NCBI GenBank assembly: GCA_964621525.1
Contig: CAZUMS010000011.1
Location: 587 to 64,586, forward strand
Direction of reading: 5' to 3'
From: an uncultured bacterium
GTDB taxonomy: Bacteria > JAGRBM01 > JAHCIT01
Length of the DNA stretch: 64,000 nucleotides
The notes beneath the pieces are model-generated. The model made no database searches. It saw only the letters and a list, made by a program, of their open reading frames with translations, and had not been told where the DNA came from. The first letter of the stretch is position 1, and every line of letters begins with the position of its first letter. Positions 36,759 to 46,845 of this stretch are shown piece by piece. The position numbers and the translations under genes were made by a program.

Positions 36759-37334
36759 TTATTTACGGAAGCGAAGGAGCATAAGTGCTGTGAAAACTGT
36801 CAGGAAAGCTGCCGGTTCGGTAGGATCCCGCAGCATGAGCCACCAGAAATGCAGGATGCCGAGGGCCGCGACTGCGTAGGTAAGCAGGTGGAGTTTCGCC
36901 CAGTTTCGTCCCAGTTTTCGGACCATTGCATCCGTGGAGGTCGCGGCCAGCGGGATCATGGCCGCAAACGACGCTGCACCGGCGGTAATGAACGGCCGCT
37001 TCACAATGTCTTTCCAGATATCCGCCCAGTCGAAGAACTTGTCCAGCCACATGTAGGCCGCAAGGTGCAGCGAGCCGTAACCGAAAGACCACAGCCCCCA
37101 GGGCCGGCGAAGTTTCAGGAGTTCCGGGCGCCCGAGCAGCCGCCGGGCCGGTGTCACGGCGAGGGTCGCGCCAAGCAGGAACAGGCACCACCAGCCGGTA
37201 CGCTGGGTGATCTCCTGGATCGGATTTGCGCCGAGTTCGTGGAACAGGCCCTGTTTGGCGTTCCACAGGAGGGGAAGGACCGGCAGGACGAATCCCGCCG
37301 TCCGGAGCAGGAACGCCGGTACCGGTTTCTTCAC
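36759..37334 (-). CDS. msrQ: Heme-binding membrane subunit MsrQ (YedZ)
   Basis: LGANPI, TLAVTP, RRPWGL, HLAAY, ATS, WAKLHLLTY, HFWW; follows msrP. Confidence 0.9.
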   Translation of the reverse strand: MKKPVPAFLLRTAGFVLPVLPLLWNAKQGLFHELGANPIQEITQRTGWWCLFLLGATLAVTPARRLLGRPELLKLRRPWGLWSFGYGSLHLAAYMWLDKFFDWADIWKDIVKRPFITAGAASFAAMIPLAATSTDAMVRKLGRNWAKLHLLTYAVAALGILHFWWLMLRDPTEPAAFLTVFTALMLLRFRK

Positions 37335-37336
37335 GG

Positions 37337-38272
37337 TCAGTAGAATTTCTGGAGATCCATGCCTTTGTAAAGGGAGGCGACCTCGTTCGCATAACCATTA
37401 AGCATGAGAGTCTTGCGCTTGAAGAATTCCCCGATGCGCCGCTCGCTGGCCTGGCTCCAGCGGGGATGATCCACTTCGGGATTCACGTTGGAGTAGAATC
37501 CGTATTCGCTCGGGATCGCCAGGTTCCAGGATGTTGGCGGCATCTTTTCCTGAAATCGGATCTTGACGATCGACTTGATGCTCTTGAAGCCGTACTTCCA
37601 CGGTACCACCAGCCGGAGCGGTGCGCCGTTCTGGTTCGGCAGAATCTCGCCATAAAGCCCCACAGCCAGAATCGTCAGCGGGTTCATTGCCTCGTCCATG
37701 CGGAGCCCTTCCCGGTAAGGCCAGTCCAGCACGTAGCCCTTCTGGCCGGGCATTTCCTCGGGTGCGAGTTTGGTTTCGAAGGCGACGAATTTGGCCCGTG
37801 ACGTCGGCTCGAACCGTTTGAGGAGATCGCCGAGCGGAATTCCCGCCCACGGGATCACCATCGACCACCCTTCCACACACCGGAACCGGTACACCCGTTC
37901 CTCGATCGTATGGGGTTTCAGGATATCTTCGAGCGCGTAATCGCCGGGCTTTCCCGCCTCGCCTTCCACTTTTACGGTCCACGGCGAAGTCTTGAGCGTA
38001 TGAGCGTATTCGGCGGGGTCTTCCTTGGAGGTCCCGAATTCGTAGAAGTTGTTGTAGGTCGTGACGTCCTTGAGCGGGGTCAGGTCTTCATTGACCCGCC
38101 AGCGGAGCTCCTTTTTGAGGTTGTCGAGTCTTTTGCCGGCCTGTACAGCGCCCGCCATGCCCAACACAAGGCTGCCGGCGGCAAGGCCGGCGTCCCGCAT
38201 GAATTCCCGGCGGCGCAGGAAGACGGATTTTGGCGTGATCTCGCTGGATGGTATTCCGCTATGGAATTTCAT
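37337..38272 (-). CDS. msrP: Protein-methionine-sulfoxide reductase catalytic subunit MsrP (YedY)
   Basis: [15 protein letters not shown] (Tat), [41 protein letters not shown]. Confidence 0.96.
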   Translation of the reverse strand: MKFHSGIPSSEITPKSVFLRRREFMRDAGLAAGSLVLGMAGAVQAGKRLDNLKKELRWRVNEDLTPLKDVTTYNNFYEFGTSKEDPAEYAHTLKTSPWTVKVEGEAGKPGDYALEDILKPHTIEERVYRFRCVEGWSMVIPWAGIPLGDLLKRFEPTSRAKFVAFETKLAPEEMPGQKGYVLDWPYREGLRMDEAMNPLTILAVGLYGEILPNQNGAPLRLVVPWKYGFKSIKSIVKIRFQEKMPPTSWNLAIPSEYGFYSNVNPEVDHPRWSQASERRIGEFFKRKTLMLNGYANEVASLYKGMDLQKFY

Positions 38273-38436
38273 GAAGATATCGCTCCGGCAGGCGGGCCTT
38301 TCAGGGACAGTCCGCCTTGCGCACATTCCGTTACAACGGGCTAGAGTCTAGCCGCACGGACAGCATTCCTGCGACGGATGCCCGTCCGGATGCGGAATGC
38401 CTGGACACAGTTTCATCTCATTGACGGAAGGCTGCC

Positions 38437-39504
38437 ATGATCGAAAAGCTGGAATCCCTCATTCCCGGAACCGAGTACGACCACTGGCTGGTGTTGCTGG
38501 TTCTTGCATCTGTGGTGTTCGCCGTTCTGGATTTCATCCGGACTCTCGCGGCGAAAACCCTGAAAAAACTCGCATCGAAGACGGAAACCAAATGGGATGA
38601 TCTGGTTGCGGAACTGATTCTCGGGATGAAGCACTGGGCGGTATTCATGCTCGCCCTTGTGCTGGCGCTGCCGTTTTCCAGGCTGGAGCCCCGCCCGGCG
38701 GGAGTCATTCACAAGATCGCCATCGTGCTCGCCTTCGTTCAGGTCGGCCTCTGGGGCGGGATGGTCGTAAACCAGTGGGTTGCCGGGAAATCGGCCAGTT
38801 CCGACGGGCAGCAGGCGAGTCTTACTGGCTACAAGGTGCTCGGAGCCCTGGGCAAGGTCGTGCTCTGGTCGATTCTGCTGCTGCTCACGCTGGATAACCT
38901 CGGAGTAAATGTGACCGCCCTCGTGGCCGGTCTCGGTGTCGGCGGTGTGGCTGTGGCCCTCGCTGTTCAGAATATCCTCGGCGACATCTTCTGTTCCTTC
39001 ACGATCCTGCTCGACAAGCCCTTTGAGGTGGGCGATGCGATAAACGTGGGAGACATTACCGGCGAAGTCGTCCAGGTCGGTATCAAGACCACGCGGATCC
39101 GCAGTATCACAGGAGAAGAGGTCGTATTGTCGAACGCAGATCTCGTGGGCAGCCGGATCCGCAATTTCCGCCGCATGAACGAACGCCGGGCGATCTTCGC
39201 TCTCGGAGTCGTTTATGGAACCTCGCGCGAGAAGCTGGAGAAAATTCCCGGCCTTCTTCAGGGAATTATCCAGGCGGAATCGCAGGTTCGTTTCGACCGG
39301 AGCCACTTCAAGTCGTTCGGGGTGTCGTCGCTCGATTTCGAGACCGTCTACTGGGTGCTGGACCGGGACTACAAGGTGTTTATGGACGTTCAGCACCGGA
39401 TCAATCTGGAGATATTCCGCCGGTTTGAGGCAGAAGGAATCGAGTTCGCTTACCCGACCCAGACGGTTTACGTGAACGGACAGCCGGCGAAAGCTGCCCT
39501 TTGA
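38437..39504 (+). CDS. MscS-family mechanosensitive channel
   Basis: LVAGLGVGGVAVALAVQNILGD, KPFEVGD, IGIKTTRIR, IEFAYPTQT. Confidence 0.93.
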   Translation: MIEKLESLIPGTEYDHWLVLLVLASVVFAVLDFIRTLAAKTLKKLASKTETKWDDLVAELILGMKHWAVFMLALVLALPFSRLEPRPAGVIHKIAIVLAFVQVGLWGGMVVNQWVAGKSASSDGQQASLTGYKVLGALGKVVLWSILLLLTLDNLGVNVTALVAGLGVGGVAVALAVQNILGDIFCSFTILLDKPFEVGDAINVGDITGEVVQVGIKTTRIRSITGEEVVLSNADLVGSRIRNFRRMNERRAIFALGVVYGTSREKLEKIPGLLQGIIQAESQVRFDRSHFKSFGVSSLDFETVYWVLDRDYKVFMDVQHRINLEIFRRFEAEGIEFAYPTQTVYVNGQPAKAAL

Positions 39505-39515
39505 CCGGCGGTGTG

Positions 39516-40568
39516 TCAGGCCTTCAGGAATTCGCGAAGCAGCCGCCGCTCCGGAGCAGACGCTGCGGTCCCGTAACCCAGCCGCAGGATCGCGACCGGA
39601 CTGAAGCCGCCGAGGCCGAACAGCGCATCCATTTCCCGGCGCGTTGTATCCACCTGGCAGGGCGCGTTGTGGTATGAGCTGAGGATCCCAAGCTGGGCGG
39701 CCAGGATCTGAAACCGCTCGGCGGTCTCGCCAGCAGAAATCCAGTGCGGCCGGTCGTCGGCTTTCGCGCTGATCAGGGCGATGTGAGAAGCACTTTCCAG
39801 GGCCGCGATGTCACGCGTGGCCTGCTGTTCAGCCGTAATGAACTGCTTGACGTATTTGCGGCCCATTCCGGCGCGGAGCCGGGGTACGCGGACGGAGTCG
39901 GGAGCAAGGCCGTCTGCCGCGCGCTCCGCGTTTTTCGACCCGAACCGCGACCACTGAAGAAATTCGTCGAGGAAACCGGGGTCCTGAAGCTGCTCGGTGT
40001 GGGCTTTCAGATAGAGGTCACGGTATTGAAGGGCTTCCTTGCCCGCAGGAACGATCGTGATTTGTATCCCGGCGCCAGGTTGCAGGGCTTTCAGTTCGGC
40101 GAGCCGTGACGCGACGATCGTTTCGCCGGAAAACAGCGTCCGCGTCGTCCGCCGTGCCTTGAGTGCGCGCAACGTCAGCCTGCTGTGACCTCCCTGTTCC
40201 GGAATCAGCGAAAGCCGCAGACCGGACACGAGGCCGCCTTCCTCGAGCGTTCGTGCCATGACGCCATACCCGGCATGCGACGCAGCGATACGGATGTTCT
40301 CCGCCACGGCTCCGAGACTAAAGAACAGCTCCCGGTTCATAGGATCTACCACCGGGCGGCTGCGGGAGAAGTCCGGAAGGACCGTAATGTCGTTGCCGGT
40401 TACGGCAAATTTCCACGGCTGGGAATTGTATCCTGAAGGGGCCTGGATGGCGGCCTTGAGGATCAGTTCCAGATGCGGTTCGAGGACGGATGCGGGCGCT
40501 TTCTGGTAGCCCCAGGCAGCGAGGGGAGAGTTCAGTCCGGTTCCGGTGGCCGTATTTGTCAGGTCCAT
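39516..40568 (-). CDS. Acg-family FMN-binding nitroreductase-like protein
   Basis: AIQAPSGYNSQPWKF, DPMNRELFFSLGA, RRTTR, LRLGYG. Confidence 0.85.
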   Translation of the reverse strand: MDLTNTATGTGLNSPLAAWGYQKAPASVLEPHLELILKAAIQAPSGYNSQPWKFAVTGNDITVLPDFSRSRPVVDPMNRELFFSLGAVAENIRIAASHAGYGVMARTLEEGGLVSGLRLSLIPEQGGHSRLTLRALKARRTTRTLFSGETIVASRLAELKALQPGAGIQITIVPAGKEALQYRDLYLKAHTEQLQDPGFLDEFLQWSRFGSKNAERAADGLAPDSVRVPRLRAGMGRKYVKQFITAEQQATRDIAALESASHIALISAKADDRPHWISAGETAERFQILAAQLGILSSYHNAPCQVDTTRREMDALFGLGGFSPVAILRLGYGTAASAPERRLLREFLKA

Positions 40569-40910
40569 GGCTGTCTGTTCTCCTGTCCGTATTCGGGTGC
40601 CGTGCCTCCCGCCGAAAGCCGGGAAGTCACCCTGAAATCTATTTTCGGCCCTATTGCAGGTCAGTCCTATGACGGACCTCAGTGCCAACCGGCATCCGGA
40701 ACGCCTATCCTAAACCCGCCAGCCGGCCGGGAGTTGTGGAGAACCCCGCTTGTCACGAGATTGTCGAATTTGCCGGCCGTTATCATGGTGCCCCTGTGAG
40801 CGAGGGCGAATCTGTGCAAGCCACGGTAAGTACGGGAGATTTCGCCGTTCGTCAATGGAACGGCAGATTTTTCCAGCAGGGTTGCCGCCTCCCCTCGGCT
40901 GCCGGTAGGA

Positions 40911-41279
40911 ATGAATTCGATGAAAGTACTCGTGATCGACGACAATGAAGCCGCCCGCAAGTTTGCCGTACTTGCCGTCAAGCGGGCGCAGCCGGATGCC
41001 GAAATCCGGACCGCTCATGACGGACTTGAGGCCCGGTCCGTGGCCCAGGAGTTCAAGCCGGACGCCATGGTACTCGATCACATGATGCCCAAGCTGGACG
41101 GGTGGAAATTCCTCGAAGAACTCCGCAAAAGCGACTGGGGAAAACGCACGCCGGTATTGTTCTACAGCGCCATCGATTTGCGGCGGGATGCCAACAAGAT
41201 CCAGGGTGTGCTCTTTCTGCGCAAGCCGTCCACGCTGGATGAATTCGTTACCGCGTTCCGCAAGATTGCTGTCGGTTAG
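40911..41279 (+). CDS. Single-domain response regulator receiver
   Basis: VLVIDDN, MVLDHMMPKLDG, FLRKP. Confidence 0.88.
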   Translation: MNSMKVLVIDDNEAARKFAVLAVKRAQPDAEIRTAHDGLEARSVAQEFKPDAMVLDHMMPKLDGWKFLEELRKSDWGKRTPVLFYSAIDLRRDANKIQGVLFLRKPSTLDEFVTAFRKIAVG

Positions 41280-41289
41280 CGCAAGCCGG

Positions 41290-42804
41290 TCAGGGCTGGC
41301 TGCGTTTGACCGAAGCGAGTGCTTCTTCCGCCATTCGCCGGATGGCGGCCGTGCTGCCTGAAACCGACGCCTGTTCGAGCTGCGGTGCGGCTGCCACCGC
41401 ACCAGGACCGATTTCCTTGAGCGCCCACGCGGCGCCGTAGGCGGTGCGCCAGTCGGCGAGTGCCGCAGCCAGGGCGGGAACGGCCAAGGGATCGCCGATT
41501 TTACCCAGAGCCTGAGCTGCGTCCTCGTTCCCCTGTTTCAGCGATTCCGAAAGAGCGGGAACGGAGGCTTTTGCCTGCGGCCCCATGACCGCCAGCGAAC
41601 GGGCCGCAGCCCGCCGGATGCGTACGTCGCCGTCGGCGAGCGCCTGCTCAAGAGCTGGCAGCGAATGCGGCCCGCCGATGGAGCCGAGAGCTTCGATGGC
41701 CGCAAGACGGAGGTCGTCGGCAGCGGGAGGCCGGGATTTTTGTGAAAGCAGAGAGACGGCTTCGCGGCCCTTTTCTCCAGTCCTGCCGAGTGCTCTGGCG
41801 CAGGCCGCCTGCTGGGCCGCACTAGGGTCGTCGAGCCCCTGAATGAGCTGGGGTACGGCGGGTGCGGCCTTGGGACCCATGGCGGCAAGGGCCCGTGCCG
41901 CCTTCTGCCGTTCGGAGAGATCGGCGCTGGACAGCATCGCAGTCCAGGCGCCGAGGTCGGCGGGCGGTTCGGTTTCCGCAGGAGCGATGCTCTCGACGAC
42001 ACGGATCGAGAACGGCGGCAGCGTCGCCGGAGGCGACACGCTGTCCGTTACGGCAATCATGATCTTTTCATAGAGGCCGGCCTGCTCGGCCGTGGGGGTG
42101 CCGGACAGCCTGCCGGTGATGGCATCGAAGGTCAGCCACGAGGGTTTGTTCGCAATGGCGAAGCGGAGCTGCTGGCCGTTGGCGGTATCCGGGTCATCCG
42201 CCTCCGGTGTAAACGTGTAGGCCTGGCCCGCGGCAGCCTCCGGAGCCGGCGTGCCTGAGATTGCGGGGGGGGTGTTCGTCGCTGTCACGACGATGGAAAA
42301 GGGCGGCAGGCTGGATGTCAGCCCGCTGTCGGTCGCGGCAATGATTTCAATGCCGGAGTAATTGCCTGCATCCCCTTTGCCAGGCCGTCCCCCAAGGAAT
42401 CCCCGCTTCGTATCGAAGGTGGCCCAGTGCGGCCGGTTTCTGATCGAGAACCGGAACTCTTCATGACGGGGAACGCCGCTAACCGATGGCCGGAACTCAT
42501 AGTCGCTGCCTTCGGGCACCGTATCCCGGGGTGATCCCGTCAGGGCGAATGGCTGGGCAGGTTCGGAGGTCGGTTTGCCTGCACCAGGGTTCGGTTGGGC
42601 TTCCGGAGCAGCGGCAGTCGGCGCAGGCGTTGGACCGCTTTCTTTCTGACAGGCAGAAAACGAAATCAGGGCTGCACAGGCGGCAGCGATAGCCGGATGC
42701 ATTGGACCTGCGGCAAATATGAGATGGCGTTTCAGAACGGAAAAGCCCCCTTCGGCCTTTTCGATCGGATCCCGGCGGTTCAACCCCGCAACCACCGGGC
42801 TCAT
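41290..42804 (-). CDS. Putative lipoprotein with two putative Ig (He_PIG/cadherin-like) domains and C-terminal HEAT repeats (start 42804 or 42702)
   Basis: ISFSAC lipobox; YEFRP..NRPHWATFD..LGGRP and YTFTP..NKPSWLTFD..LSGTP; repeats of AARALxxMGPxAxxAVPxL. Confidence 0.8.
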   Translation of the reverse strand: MSPVVAGLNRRDPIEKAEGGFSVLKRHLIFAAGPMHPAIAAACAALISFSACQKESGPTPAPTAAAPEAQPNPGAGKPTSEPAQPFALTGSPRDTVPEGSDYEFRPSVSGVPRHEEFRFSIRNRPHWATFDTKRGFLGGRPGKGDAGNYSGIEIIAATDSGLTSSLPPFSIVVTATNTPPAISGTPAPEAAAGQAYTFTPEADDPDTANGQQLRFAIANKPSWLTFDAITGRLSGTPTAEQAGLYEKIMIAVTDSVSPPATLPPFSIRVVESIAPAETEPPADLGAWTAMLSSADLSERQKAARALAAMGPKAAPAVPQLIQGLDDPSAAQQAACARALGRTGEKGREAVSLLSQKSRPPAADDLRLAAIEALGSIGGPHSLPALEQALADGDVRIRRAAARSLAVMGPQAKASVPALSESLKQGNEDAAQALGKIGDPLAVPALAAALADWRTAYGAAWALKEIGPGAVAAAPQLEQASVSGSTAAIRRMAEEALASVKRSQP

Positions 42805-42894
42805 CGGGGGCATTGTACAGCGAAACAGACGCAATCTGTCCAGCGGAACCTATTAAAAACCGGTATTCATGGCCGGTTCATGACCGTTTCCGTT

Positions 42895-43857
42895 TCAGGA
42901 CGGAACGGGAGGAAGATGCCGGGTTCGGGGTGCGGTCACGAGTCGCACGCAGACGCACGGTTTTGCCGGATCGTACGACCCGGGATCAGCCGCTTCCCGC
43001 AGCGGGAAGATCTGGAGCGTCACCGCCGAACGTCCCGGTTCTCCGCCCGGTGCCTTCCAGATGTCGCAGACGCGGACGTGGGCGTTCCCGGTAAACATGG
43101 GACGTTTGTAGAGGATGGCGATGCGCTGGAAATACCAGTTCGCCGGGTTGTCGCCCATGGAACCCAGGGCATCCGTAGCGAGATCTTCGGCAGCCCGCAC
43201 GTACTCCATGGCGTGAACATGATCGTTCGGGTCTGTCCGGTTGTAGGACCAGAACCGTGCCCGGTTGTCGGCGTAGGAGCCGGCTTTGCTCGAGTAAGGT
43301 TCCGGAGGCCTTAGGACGTCGCTGCTCTGCACGAACGGCAGGATTTTCCCCGGCATCGTCTTGGTAAATCCGAGATCCGGCGGGAGTTCGCGGACCCGCC
43401 GCTGTTCCGGCGGTGCGGACGGCCGGGTCAGGATGTGATCCACAATCATGGTGCCCGAACGGACTTTCTGCGCCTCCTTGTCCAGCCGGTCAAACCGTCC
43501 GGTAGAGGGAGTGCAGAAAATGTCCGTCGTGCTGCGGGTGATGATTCGCGGATCGTCGCCTGCGGAGCGGCCGATGTCGAGCTTCACCTTCACGTCGCAG
43601 GTCATTTCCCGCGGCATGGCGACCGGGATATCGGTCACTTCCAGCTCGGTGTAGGAGATGATTCCCGCCAGCCCCGTCCGGCCCCGGTAGGCAGCATCGA
43701 ACATCGCCCGCTGGAATACCGGCCAGTGGACGGGTGAACAGATCCGGAGCAACGAGTTGATCTTGATGGCACAGGTTTCGGTGAGGTCGGCAAAGCTGTA
43801 CGACGACTCGCCTTCGCCGGTAACTGTCTGATCAGGGTCTTTGAGGGGGTCATTCAT
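42895..43857 (-). CDS. Hypothetical protein, probable hot-dog-fold acyl-ACP thioesterase-like
   Basis: RTDPNDHVHAMEYV resembles the D-x-N-x-H-V-N-N-x-x-Y thioesterase motif; ILYKRPMF. Confidence 0.55.
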   Translation of the reverse strand: MNDPLKDPDQTVTGEGESSYSFADLTETCAIKINSLLRICSPVHWPVFQRAMFDAAYRGRTGLAGIISYTELEVTDIPVAMPREMTCDVKVKLDIGRSAGDDPRIITRSTTDIFCTPSTGRFDRLDKEAQKVRSGTMIVDHILTRPSAPPEQRRVRELPPDLGFTKTMPGKILPFVQSSDVLRPPEPYSSKAGSYADNRARFWSYNRTDPNDHVHAMEYVRAAEDLATDALGSMGDNPANWYFQRIAILYKRPMFTGNAHVRVCDIWKAPGGEPGRSAVTLQIFPLREAADPGSYDPAKPCVCVRLVTAPRTRHLPPVPS

Positions 43858-44062
43858 GGCCCGGCGATCCTAGCTTGGCGCACCGGCGAACGGCAGGGCC
43901 CGTTTTGCAGGCCGCCGGGGATGGGGTACCGTTAAGCATAGTCCATCGTTGCTGGCAATGGTGTCCGGCGTGATGCCGGTCGGCCCGGAGACCCAGAGAT
44001 TGAGCGCGAACGGCCGCGAAAGCGGAGGTGACATCATCGGTGAGAATTCGTTCTGGCGGAAG

Positions 44063-45982
44063 ATGGCCCGCCGGTTCGGAACCCCGCTCGACTGGTCAAA
44101 CATGGACAAGTGCGCCGCAGGCGGAATGCTCGCCTTGCCTTTTCTTGTCCAGGAAACGGTGCTGAATTTCCTGTTCATCAGGCGCAACCCGGCAGTCTCA
44201 TATCTGGAACCCGGTTATCAGCATTTCTACTCCTGGTCCATACTGTGCATCACCGTCGTCTGGATGGGAATGATCGGGTACGCACTGTATCTGAGGGGAC
44301 GCGATCCTGATAACATCTTTGTCACCCGGCTGATGATATTCTACAGCAGCTGCTATCTGGTATTCGTCGTATACTCCTACGGTATCTTCACAACCCCGAT
44401 GTTCACCCTGATTCCATGCGTCGGAATTCTGGGAGTGCTCCTGTTTCCGAGGAAAATAAGTATCCAGGCGTATTATCTCGCCTTCGGCGCACTAGCAGTG
44501 CTTGGAATACTCGAGCAGTTGAGGGCGATTCCCTATGCTCCGCTGCTCCGCCGGCAGCCGTATTCCTTCCACCGGCTGGATTCGGCCTGGGTGCTTAATT
44601 CCGGAGCAATCACGTATGTTTTCTCGCTGGCCGTGATGGCGCTTTGTGGAGCCATGTTCGATCTCTGGCGGGACCGGGAATCCCGGCTGGCTGAATCGAC
44701 CCGGGAACTCGAGCGCTCCCGAGACATGCTGGAAACCCATGTCGCGGCGAGAACGGAGGAACTTGAGAAATCGAACCAGTACCTGCTTGAGGAGATCGTC
44801 CGCCGCCGGAAGGCGGAGGAGGCCAGACTCGCCATCGAGCGCAGGATGCTTGAGGCTCAGAAACTGGAAAGCCTGGGAGTGCTGGCTGGCGGAGTCGCCC
44901 ACGACTTCAACAACCTGATTTCCTCGATTCTGGGGAATGCCGAACTTGTGCAGGCGGATCTCCTTCCTGGCAGTGCGCAGCTGGAGAGCGTCCGCGCGAT
45001 CACCCAGGCCGCCCGTCGGGCGGGCGATCTCACCCGCCAGCTTCTTGCGTATGCAGGCAAGGCGCAATTCAGCATCGAACCCGTAAACCTGAACGAACTG
45101 GCGGAGGAAATGGTCCAGATCCTCCGGGTATCGATTCCGAAGGACATAAAGGTCGAGTTCCGTCTCGCACCGGACCTGCCGGCGGTCGAAGGTGACCCGA
45201 CGCAGCTCCGGCAGGTGGTGATGAATCTCATCACCAATGCGGCGGAAGCGATCGGGGAAAACGCAGGGACCATTACGATCAAGACGGACTTCATGAAGCT
45301 GGACGAACATGCCCTCGCCGACGGCTACCGGCCTTCGACGCGGCCGCCCGGCAATTACGTCAGTATCGAGATCCGGGACACGGGCTGCGGTATCGGCGCC
45401 GAAACCCTGGAGCGTATCTTCGACCCGTTCTTCACGACCAAGTTCACGGGACGGGGGCTTGGGCTTCCTGCCGTGCGCGGAATCGTGAACGGCCACCGGG
45501 GAGCGGTGAAGGTGACGAGCCGTCCCGGCGAAGGCTCTGCCTTCCGGGTTCTGTTCCCGGCCCTGCCGGGGGCAGCTCCGCGGAAATCGGAGAGCAGCGG
45601 CGACCCGCTCGCCTGGCGCGGCTCGGGCCGGATTCTCGTGGTGGACGACGAGGAACCCATGCGCGCCGTGATGCAGCGGATTCTCGTGCGGCTCGGCTTT
45701 GACGTGGACGTGGCGGCCAGCGGTGCCGAGGGACTCGCCCGGTTCCGGGATCAGGGCGGCGGATACCGGTGCGTGCTGATGGATCTCGTAATGCCGGGGA
45801 TGACCGGGCTGGAGCTGCTCCAAGAGGTCCGGGCCCTCTCGAGGGAAGTCCGGATCGTCCTGATGAGCGGGTACAGTGAGGACAGCATTGCCACGGGACG
45901 GGATCCCCTGACCGGTTTCCTGCAGAAACCGATATCCATCGAGGATCTTGCCCGCACCATGCGGGACATCTGCCGGGATTAG
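44063..45982 (+). CDS. Hybrid sensor histidine kinase/response regulator, multi-TM N-terminus (start may be upstream, ORF open from 43949)
   Basis: AGGVAHDFNNL, NLITNAAEA, FDPFFTTKFTGRGLGL, receiver VVDDEE/LMDLVMP/KP. Confidence 0.93.
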   Translation: MARRFGTPLDWSNMDKCAAGGMLALPFLVQETVLNFLFIRRNPAVSYLEPGYQHFYSWSILCITVVWMGMIGYALYLRGRDPDNIFVTRLMIFYSSCYLVFVVYSYGIFTTPMFTLIPCVGILGVLLFPRKISIQAYYLAFGALAVLGILEQLRAIPYAPLLRRQPYSFHRLDSAWVLNSGAITYVFSLAVMALCGAMFDLWRDRESRLAESTRELERSRDMLETHVAARTEELEKSNQYLLEEIVRRRKAEEARLAIERRMLEAQKLESLGVLAGGVAHDFNNLISSILGNAELVQADLLPGSAQLESVRAITQAARRAGDLTRQLLAYAGKAQFSIEPVNLNELAEEMVQILRVSIPKDIKVEFRLAPDLPAVEGDPTQLRQVVMNLITNAAEAIGENAGTITIKTDFMKLDEHALADGYRPSTRPPGNYVSIEIRDTGCGIGAETLERIFDPFFTTKFTGRGLGLPAVRGIVNGHRGAVKVTSRPGEGSAFRVLFPALPGAAPRKSESSGDPLAWRGSGRILVVDDEEPMRAVMQRILVRLGFDVDVAASGAEGLARFRDQGGGYRCVLMDLVMPGMTGLELLQEVRALSREVRIVLMSGYSEDSIATGRDPLTGFLQKPISIEDLARTMRDICRD

Positions 45983-46620
45983 CTGGCGGTTCCGTTCGAG
46001 CGGTTCCGGGCGCGCAGGTAGCCGATGATACCGGGCAGAACGGACAGGAAGATCACCACAAGAATGACTTTCTCGATGTGCTTGTCGATGTTCGGGACCA
46101 GCGTTCCGAGAAAGTAGCCCGTACAGGTCATCGACAGGATCCAGAAAGCGCCGCCAAAGACGTTAAATGCGGCGAAACGGCGGTACCCCATATCTGCAAT
46201 TCCGGCGGCGACCGGGATAAATGTCCGGAACAGCGGCATGAACCTGGCAATGACGATGGTCTTGCCGCCGTGCTCCTCGTAGTAGGCGTGAGCCGCTTTC
46301 AGGTGTTCGGGCCGGAACAGGAGCGACCGGGGGCGGCTGAACAGTAAGGGCCCGCTCTTCCTGCCGATCCAGTAGCTGACGGCGTCGCCGATGATGGCGG
46401 CCGGAACGAGCAGCAGGTTCAGCCAGAGCATCGAGAGATCTCCCTTGGCCGCATAGAGCCCGGCCGTAACGAGCAGCGAGTCTCCCGGCAGGAAGAACAC
46501 CATGGCTCCGGTTTCGAGAAAGATGATCAGGAAGAGACCCGGATAACCGCCCCAGCGGATGAGGTCGCCGGGCTCCCGGATGAAGTGGATGATCTGTTCG
46601 AGCATGCCCGGCAGTAGCAT
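45979..46620 (-). CDS. DedA/VTT-family membrane protein
   Basis: IIFLETG..FFLPGDSLL, AIIGD.VSY.IG, HGGKTIVIARFMPLFRTF. Confidence 0.93.
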   Translation of the reverse strand: MLLPGMLEQIIHFIREPGDLIRWGGYPGLFLIIFLETGAMVFFLPGDSLLVTAGLYAAKGDLSMLWLNLLLVPAAIIGDAVSYWIGRKSGPLLFSRPRSLLFRPEHLKAAHAYYEEHGGKTIVIARFMPLFRTFIPVAAGIADMGYRRFAAFNVFGGAFWILSMTCTGYFLGTLVPNIDKHIEKVILVVIFLSVLPGIIGYLRARNRSNGTAS

Positions 46621-46655
46621 GCCGCCGCGTCAGGGGTCCAAGCCGCCATCTCAAC

Positions 46656-46697
46656 AAAAAGGAACCCTTCTCTCCCCGGCGGGAGGGGAGAGAAGGG
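46656..46697 (-). terminator. Intrinsic terminator-like hairpin upstream of dedA
   Basis: 13-bp stem CCCTTCTCTCCCC/GGGGAGAGAAGGG, 7-nt loop, then TTCCTTTTT on the minus strand. Confidence 0.7.
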
Positions 46698-46845
46698 GGG
46701 ACGGAAGAAAGATGGAGGATGGTGAGTGGACCCGGAACCCGGCGCCTTAAGCGCCCTGCTCCGGAGTGCGGAAGCGATCGGAATCCACGGAGAGTGCCTT
46801 GCGGGTTAGGCTTTGTGGACTCCTTTCCACTCCGACGCACCGCCA
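46656..46845 (-). ncRNA. Candidate sRNA or structured attenuator leader
   Basis: Nested stems CGGAGTG/CACTCCG and GGAGTCCAC/GTGGATTCC, hairpin GGCGC/GCGCC, C/U-rich tract with CCTCC, then the terminator. Confidence 0.45.

Noticed and set aside
40843-40872. Hairpin GCCGTTC/GAACGGC plus T-run as part of a riboswitch
   Set aside because: No aptamer consensus recognised upstream; a single hairpin is insufficient evidence.
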